Assembly (NCBI RefSeq): GCF_000143415.4
Contig: NW_003314365.1
Coordinates: forward strand, 139,902-203,901
Length of the DNA stretch: 64,000 bases
Reading direction: 5' to 3'
From: Selaginella moellendorffii
Taxonomy: Eukaryota > Plantae > Lycopodiophyta
Shown piece by piece: positions 60,030 to 64,000 of this stretch. The notes beneath the pieces were generated by a model. That model ran no database searches and was not told where the DNA came from. It saw nothing but the letters and a program-made list of their open reading frames with translations. Made by a program: the position numbers and the translations under genes. Each line of letters begins with the position of its first letter. Position 1 is the stretch's first letter.

Positions 60030-60620
60030 GGAGAACGAGTCAAAGTGGCTCAACTGCAATTGAAAGCCTTACAAACCCTTCATATAAATGGTCATTTAAG
60101 GCGAGAGTCACTCACAACGACACTATTAGACAATTCACTATGAAATGCACAGGTTGGGTCTTTAATTTTTATGTGGCTGATTCTGCAAGCAGTGAGATTC
60201 GTATAGTCAACTATAGTGAAACTACACATGCATTATCAGAAAAAGTTATCCAGGCTATTTTTATATTTTCTGGAACATGTGGTCTCCATTCTGCTAGTGA
60301 GCTCTACATGCCTTTTCCTGCAGCTTAGGAGATACTTGCAGATAGAAAGATGGAGGTTATGCCTACAGAAGATGATGAATGTATTCCACATATTGTTCTT
60401 CACTGGAAATGTATCACTAAAATACTTGACATCACTATAAATAGTTACATTGATCTTGTTTAGCATAATGGACCACAATTAAGAACCAAGTCAAAGCTAC
60501 TTCAATGTTACTACTTATAAATAAATCAGCTTCATTATCAACCACTTTGTGGTTGATCATTGTTTAACCAAGCTACTTTGTAAACATATTACTCATTATC
60601 ACGTGGATATGATATAAAAA
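60030..60620 (+). pseudogene. RPA70-like OB-fold A relic
   Basis: AIESLTNPSYKWSFKARVTH..IRQF..GWVFNFYVADSASSEIRIV. Confidence 0.7.
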
Positions 60621-61241
60621 TTATAATGATATGATCATCAATCGAACAACATTATAAACAAGCCTACATTATCACTTTAAAGGTTTAAATGAGTATCAAA
60701 TGCCAACTTTATTTAATAAAATGCAACATAATGCCATATAGATTTATAATATTTAACAGCACTAGCTTTATTCATAACATGGACAAGCTCATACCACTCT
60801 TTTTCTGAACAAACTCTAAACTAATCCAATACCAAACTACTTAATGAGCAATAGCAAGATTCCTTGAAAAGAATTAAGCATTATAACTCAAGTCTTTAAT
60901 AGCAATCCTAGATAAAATGGTTTAGTGCTTCACTATTATCCATTTCATGATTCACCACTTGTAAGACCATTTTATCAATATGCATTAAGATAGGGATTCT
61001 TGATTGTATGATATGAACATGAGCAATGAAATCACACCTCATTGCTAAATTATCTTTCCAAAAAGAGAAAATGATTTATATATTTGATTTCTTGTCCTTG
61101 ATGACTTTTTTTTTCGTCTCAAATTTTGACTAAATCTCTAGCTTGTGTTTACATTGTTGTAGCACACCTTGTATTTCTCCCTTTAAGCCAATTGGAAAAG
61201 GAACAATTACTTGATAAAGGAACCCTTAATAGCTATTTTAT

Positions 61242-61826
61242 TATAAGCTCTTGAGTATCCAGTATTATTCAAACTCAAGGATGTTTAACTCTAAGTATCC
61301 TAAGACCCTTAACTGATTAGAAAAAGGGGTGCATTATTATTTATAGGCCTTTCCCCTCTATATTTAAATCTCTATGAATTATTTCTCAAGTTATTCCTTT
61401 TGGTTGCTTATAATCCACCATGTTTCTCTGCAAGTTCACGCCCTCGTGAACGAAAGCTAAAAGCCATAGCTCTCTCGAGAACCTCGCTCTCTTGACATCC
61501 TACCCCTCAAGTCGAGCCCAACCAGAGCAAACTAGACTTGTGAAATGTTAATTAACATATGGTGCAATTCCTTTAATTGTGATTCCCTAGCCAACCAATA
61601 GAGTTTGACCCGACATTGCTTCAATACCAAATGTAAGCTTCTGAGTTTGGATTTCCCAAGAGGTCATCTAGCTTAGTACTATTTAAACCCAAAAACACTT
61701 AACCCCAAGTATCCCAAGACATTTAACCAATTGGAAAAAGAGGTGCACTTTTATTTATGGGCCCTTTCCCTTTATATTTGAACTCCTATAGATCGTTTTT
61801 CAAGTCGTTCTTTTTGGTTATTTATA
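61242..61826 (-). mobile_element. Second, more decayed Cassandra-type TRIM (LTRs 61632-61826 and 61242-61412)
   Basis: Reverse-complement similarity to 57947-58518; PBS-like TTTGGTATTGAAGC; TSD TTTAT. Confidence 0.88.
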
Positions 61827-62437
61827 TTTATCTTTCCTATTAATCTAACTGAAAAAGTTATCTCTCCCTTTAAGCCAACTGGAAAAGGGGCAATTGTTAG
61901 TGGCTATTTTATCCCCATTTATCCTTCAAAGTTCTAAAGAATCATGGTGATAGTATATTTAAATCTCATCCCATGATCATATGTACTACAACTGCCTTTA
62001 GTCTAATTTAAGAAGAGTTTATAAAAGAGCATAGCAATGACTACTTGAACCAATAGACTAATCGCTACAATCTTGATTGATCTACTTATAATCTTTTACC
62101 CATGATACATGGTTTAACTCATGGTAACCACCAATATGCTAACATTAATCTTGCCAACTCAAAGTATAACTTAAGTTGCTAATATATCTCACTTACAAGC
62201 CCAATTGAAAACTCGTGTAAACAATACATTTTAATCCATCTTATGAGCCCAAACACAAGTTCACATACTATGGTATAAGAAGGTAACCAAATCCATATCC
62301 AAAGAATAAATGCAAAGTTTTAGCACCCAAATATGTACCCATTCGGATCATCATTTTCATCTCTCTATATATATAATAAGATTAATTGCCCAATCTCATT
62401 AGATAGTACTCGTTGAGATATATCCTTTAATACTAAA

Positions 62438-62910
62438 TGTAGTGCACATGGTTTTCACCCTTTATTCTATAGTGATTTACTATAGGATAACCATGAAATG
62501 GAACCTAAACTGTCCATGTGTCACATGTCCAAAGATAATAAAGTGAAACTCGAGTTTTAGGGCCTTGGGCTACTAAATGAAAGAATAAAACCAAACTCCC
62601 AAGCTTGCAATCAAGGAGTGAAGGAACTGGAGCATTGTAACGCACGTGGTTTTGACCCTTTATCCTATGGTGATTTACCATAGGATAACACCATGAAGTG
62701 GAACCTAAACCTTTTTTGTGCCACGTTACAGATGCCATATGTCACATGCCATGTGTCCAAAAGACAATGGTGTGGAACCCGAGTTTCAGGGCTTTGGGCC
62801 ACTGAATGAAGGAACGGTGACAAACTCCCAAGCATGGAGCCAAGGAGTGATGGAACCGAACTACAGAGCAACTCCCGAGCATACAGCCTAAGGAGTGAAG
62901 GGACAGGAGC
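62438..62910 (+). repeat. ~198 bp diverged direct repeat, each copy starting TGTA (LTR-like starts at 62438 and 62636)
   Basis: TGTAGTGCACATGGTTTTCACCC vs TGTAACGCACGTGGTTTTGACCC, with colinear downstream blocks. Confidence 0.6.
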
Positions 62911-63439
62911 CCGGAGCTATTTGGAACAGTCCTAGAGTAACCAACATCCCAATGCTAGGACTAGCATGCAAAACAGAGCCAAACGGAGTTTAGTGCTATT
63001 TTGGCATATGGATGGCCTAACGTGAGGACATGGGTACTCCACCAGCTAGTATGGAATGGAACTTAGGCTTAGACCCAAACCGGATGCAGAACAAGGACAA
63101 GCACGCAAGCGGGAGTTAAACTATGCCTCAGGTTAGTCGGTCATGCCCGACCTACCCCCTTTGGGCTTTCACCCCAAGCCTCCCTTAGTATAAGGAGTTA
63201 GTCTTTGGTGTGAGACACAAAATCCCTAGGCCCCAAAGTGGAGCCGGAAGGGCGCCACGTGGTAGTGGCCGAAGCGAAAGCCAAACGAATGTAACACATT
63301 TGGACTAAAAGCTCTGACTTGAAAGGTTGAGAGTGGGAGTGGAACTCCCAACAAAGTGCTCAAGGAACAAGCACGAAGCAAGCAATAAGCGAGGCTCCAA
63401 AAAGGGACCCAAAAGGACTAACACATGACACGTGGAAGT

Positions 63440-63863
63440 GTCTGAGATGGACCTGAGTTGGAGTCCGAGATGGACCAAGATGGAGTCCGAGATGGAGTCC
63501 GAGATGGACCGAGACGGAGTCCGAGATGGAGTTCGAGATGGACCTGAGTTGGAGTCCGAGGTAGAGTCCGAGATGGAGTCCGAGATGGACTGAGACGGAG
63601 TCCGAGATGGAGTCCGAGATGGACCGAGACGGAGTCTGAGATGGAGTCCAAGATGGACCCGAGAAGGAATCCGAGATGGAGTCCAAGAAGGACCCGAGAT
63701 GGAGTCCGAGGTCGAGACTGAGATTGGGACCGAGACCTGGACCGAGACTGAGACCGAGACCGAGACCAAGACCGAGACCAAGACCGAGACTAAGGCCGAG
63801 ACCGAGCCCGAGTCCGAGTCCAAGTCCGAGTCTGAGTTCGAGTCCGAGTTCGAGTTCGAGTCT
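63440..63863. repeat. Minisatellite (GAGTCCGAGATG / GAGACC / GAGTCC 6- and 12-mers)
   Basis: Directly visible periodicity. Confidence 0.9.
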
Positions 63864-63931
63864 AAGAGGGTGAAAGCCCAAAGCGTTCATCTCCCAGACC
63901 CTGGGGGATTTGGTGAGCTCCAAAAGTATAG

Positions 63932-64000
63932 TAGGGGGAGGACTGTAGTGGAGCTAGTTTGGCCAGGAAAGGCCAATTTGGCCCAGGAAGGCTGTACCCA
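63932..64000 (+). mobile_element. Possible PPT and start of a 3' LTR
   Basis: AGGGGGAGGAC followed by TGTAGTGG at 63944. Confidence 0.35.

Noticed and set aside
63305-63923. Low-complexity ORFs (LG/SV/RP repeats)
   Set aside because: Translations of the minisatellite

Overview
Eukaryotic plant genomic DNA, most consistent with a lycophyte such as Selaginella. This is inferred from many ~50-65 bp GT-AG introns, compact genes and abundant PLS-type PPR relics. 1-1389 is the 5' end of a degenerate LTR retrotransposon (minus strand). About 1390-31166 is a tandem array of ~3 copies (periods 10936, 10650 and 7383 bp) of a mosaic unit. The unit contains decayed F-box/LRR, PPR, START-like, Crinkler/RHS-type P-loop NTPase and HPD-motif fragments, plus two tRNA-like Pol III-type elements (10 and 3 copies across the array). 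31338-51546 is a gene-rich block: cytosolic NADP-malic enzyme and a pseudogene copy, adenylate kinase, a CYP71-clan P450, a CHD3/CHR4-type remodeler with an extra N-terminal PWWP domain, and an RWD-RING E3 ligase. This block shows traces of an old duplication with reciprocal gene loss. 54395-56681 holds an intact-looking but catalytically degenerate eIF4A-like gene and an SCP-phosphatase fragment. 57000-64000 is AT-rich TE debris: RPA70-like relics, two complete 5S-bearing Cassandra-type TRIMs with TSDs, LTR-like sequence and a minisatellite. All calls are by-eye from the sequence; no searches were run.
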